64,000 nt of DNA from a virus, in IMG/VR virus record IMGVR_UViG_3300032323_001800, positions 123,930-187,929 of that record. The stretch is one strand, 5' to 3'. Shown piece by piece: positions 63,773-64,000 of this stretch (position 1 is its first letter; the number at the start of each line of letters is the position of its first letter). The notes under the pieces were generated by a model. It had not been told where the DNA came from. It searched no databases and saw only the letters and a list, made by a program, of their open reading frames with translations. A program made the position numbers and the translations under genes.

Positions 63773-64000
63773 ATGCGCATTAAAGACATCATTTCCGAAG
63801 GCTTCGCCAAGAGAAAAAGCGATACATTGCCTACTTCATTTGAGTATCCTCAAATGCCTTCAGCCAATGCTTATCTTGCTTATCGTTTTGGTATAGCCAT
63901 GGCAGATCACGAAACTCCGCCCGCCCAAGGACCTATCAGCAACAATGCCATGATAGTGGCATATACCCCCGAAGAAGAATCAATAATCAAACATGCAGAA
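63773..64000 (+). CDS. Hypothetical protein, 3'-truncated by the window edge (not in the ORF track)
   Basis: ATG 63773 opens MRIKDIISEGFAKRKSDTLPTSFEYPQMPSANAYLAYRFG... with no stop to base 64000; preceded by TAAATA-N4. Confidence 0.65.
   Translation, partial: MRIKDIISEGFAKRKSDTLPTSFEYPQMPSANAYLAYRFGIAMADHETPPAQGPISNNAMIVAYTPEEESIIKHAE

Noticed and set aside
1-64000. Alternative genetic code (TAG/TGA recoding) as seen in some jumbo phages
   Set aside because: Conserved genes (terminase, sheath, UvsX, helicase, primase) are full-length in the standard code, and TAA, TAG and TGA all occur at plausible gene ends.

Overview
This 64-kb window is a gene-dense, AT-rich segment of a large T4-related (myovirus, probably jumbo) bacteriophage genome read in the standard genetic code. 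From left to right it holds: (i) giant modular tail-fibre/appendage genes (1-15592); (ii) a tailoring-enzyme operon of a flavin-dependent halogenase, a NodU/CmcH carbamoyltransferase and five 2OG-Fe(II) oxygenases (15651-22660); (iii) neck and tail genes (gp15, gp14, gp13, sheath, tube and tube-initiator homologues) with a dNMP kinase and an HNH-like gene; (iv) head completion and terminase genes; (v) SSB, UvsX and UvsY; (vi) a 13-gene convergent sugar-nucleotide, glycosyltransferase and methyltransferase island (43039-52669); (vii) UvsW, kdsA, a clamp-loader-like gene, a 193-aa miniature Pol III alpha (DnaE) core, primase and replicative helicase. The most notable signals are phycobiliprotein-like C-x-R-D repeats inside a 3089-aa virion protein, a recurrent TAAATA-N5-ATG architecture suggesting leaderless late transcripts, late-type promoters on both tailoring clusters (suggesting virion decoration rather than DNA modification), and the mini-DnaE retaining all three catalytic aspartates. 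All homology calls come from motif recognition by eye; no database search was run. No tRNA, rRNA, CRISPR array, IS element, intein or reverse transcriptase was seen.
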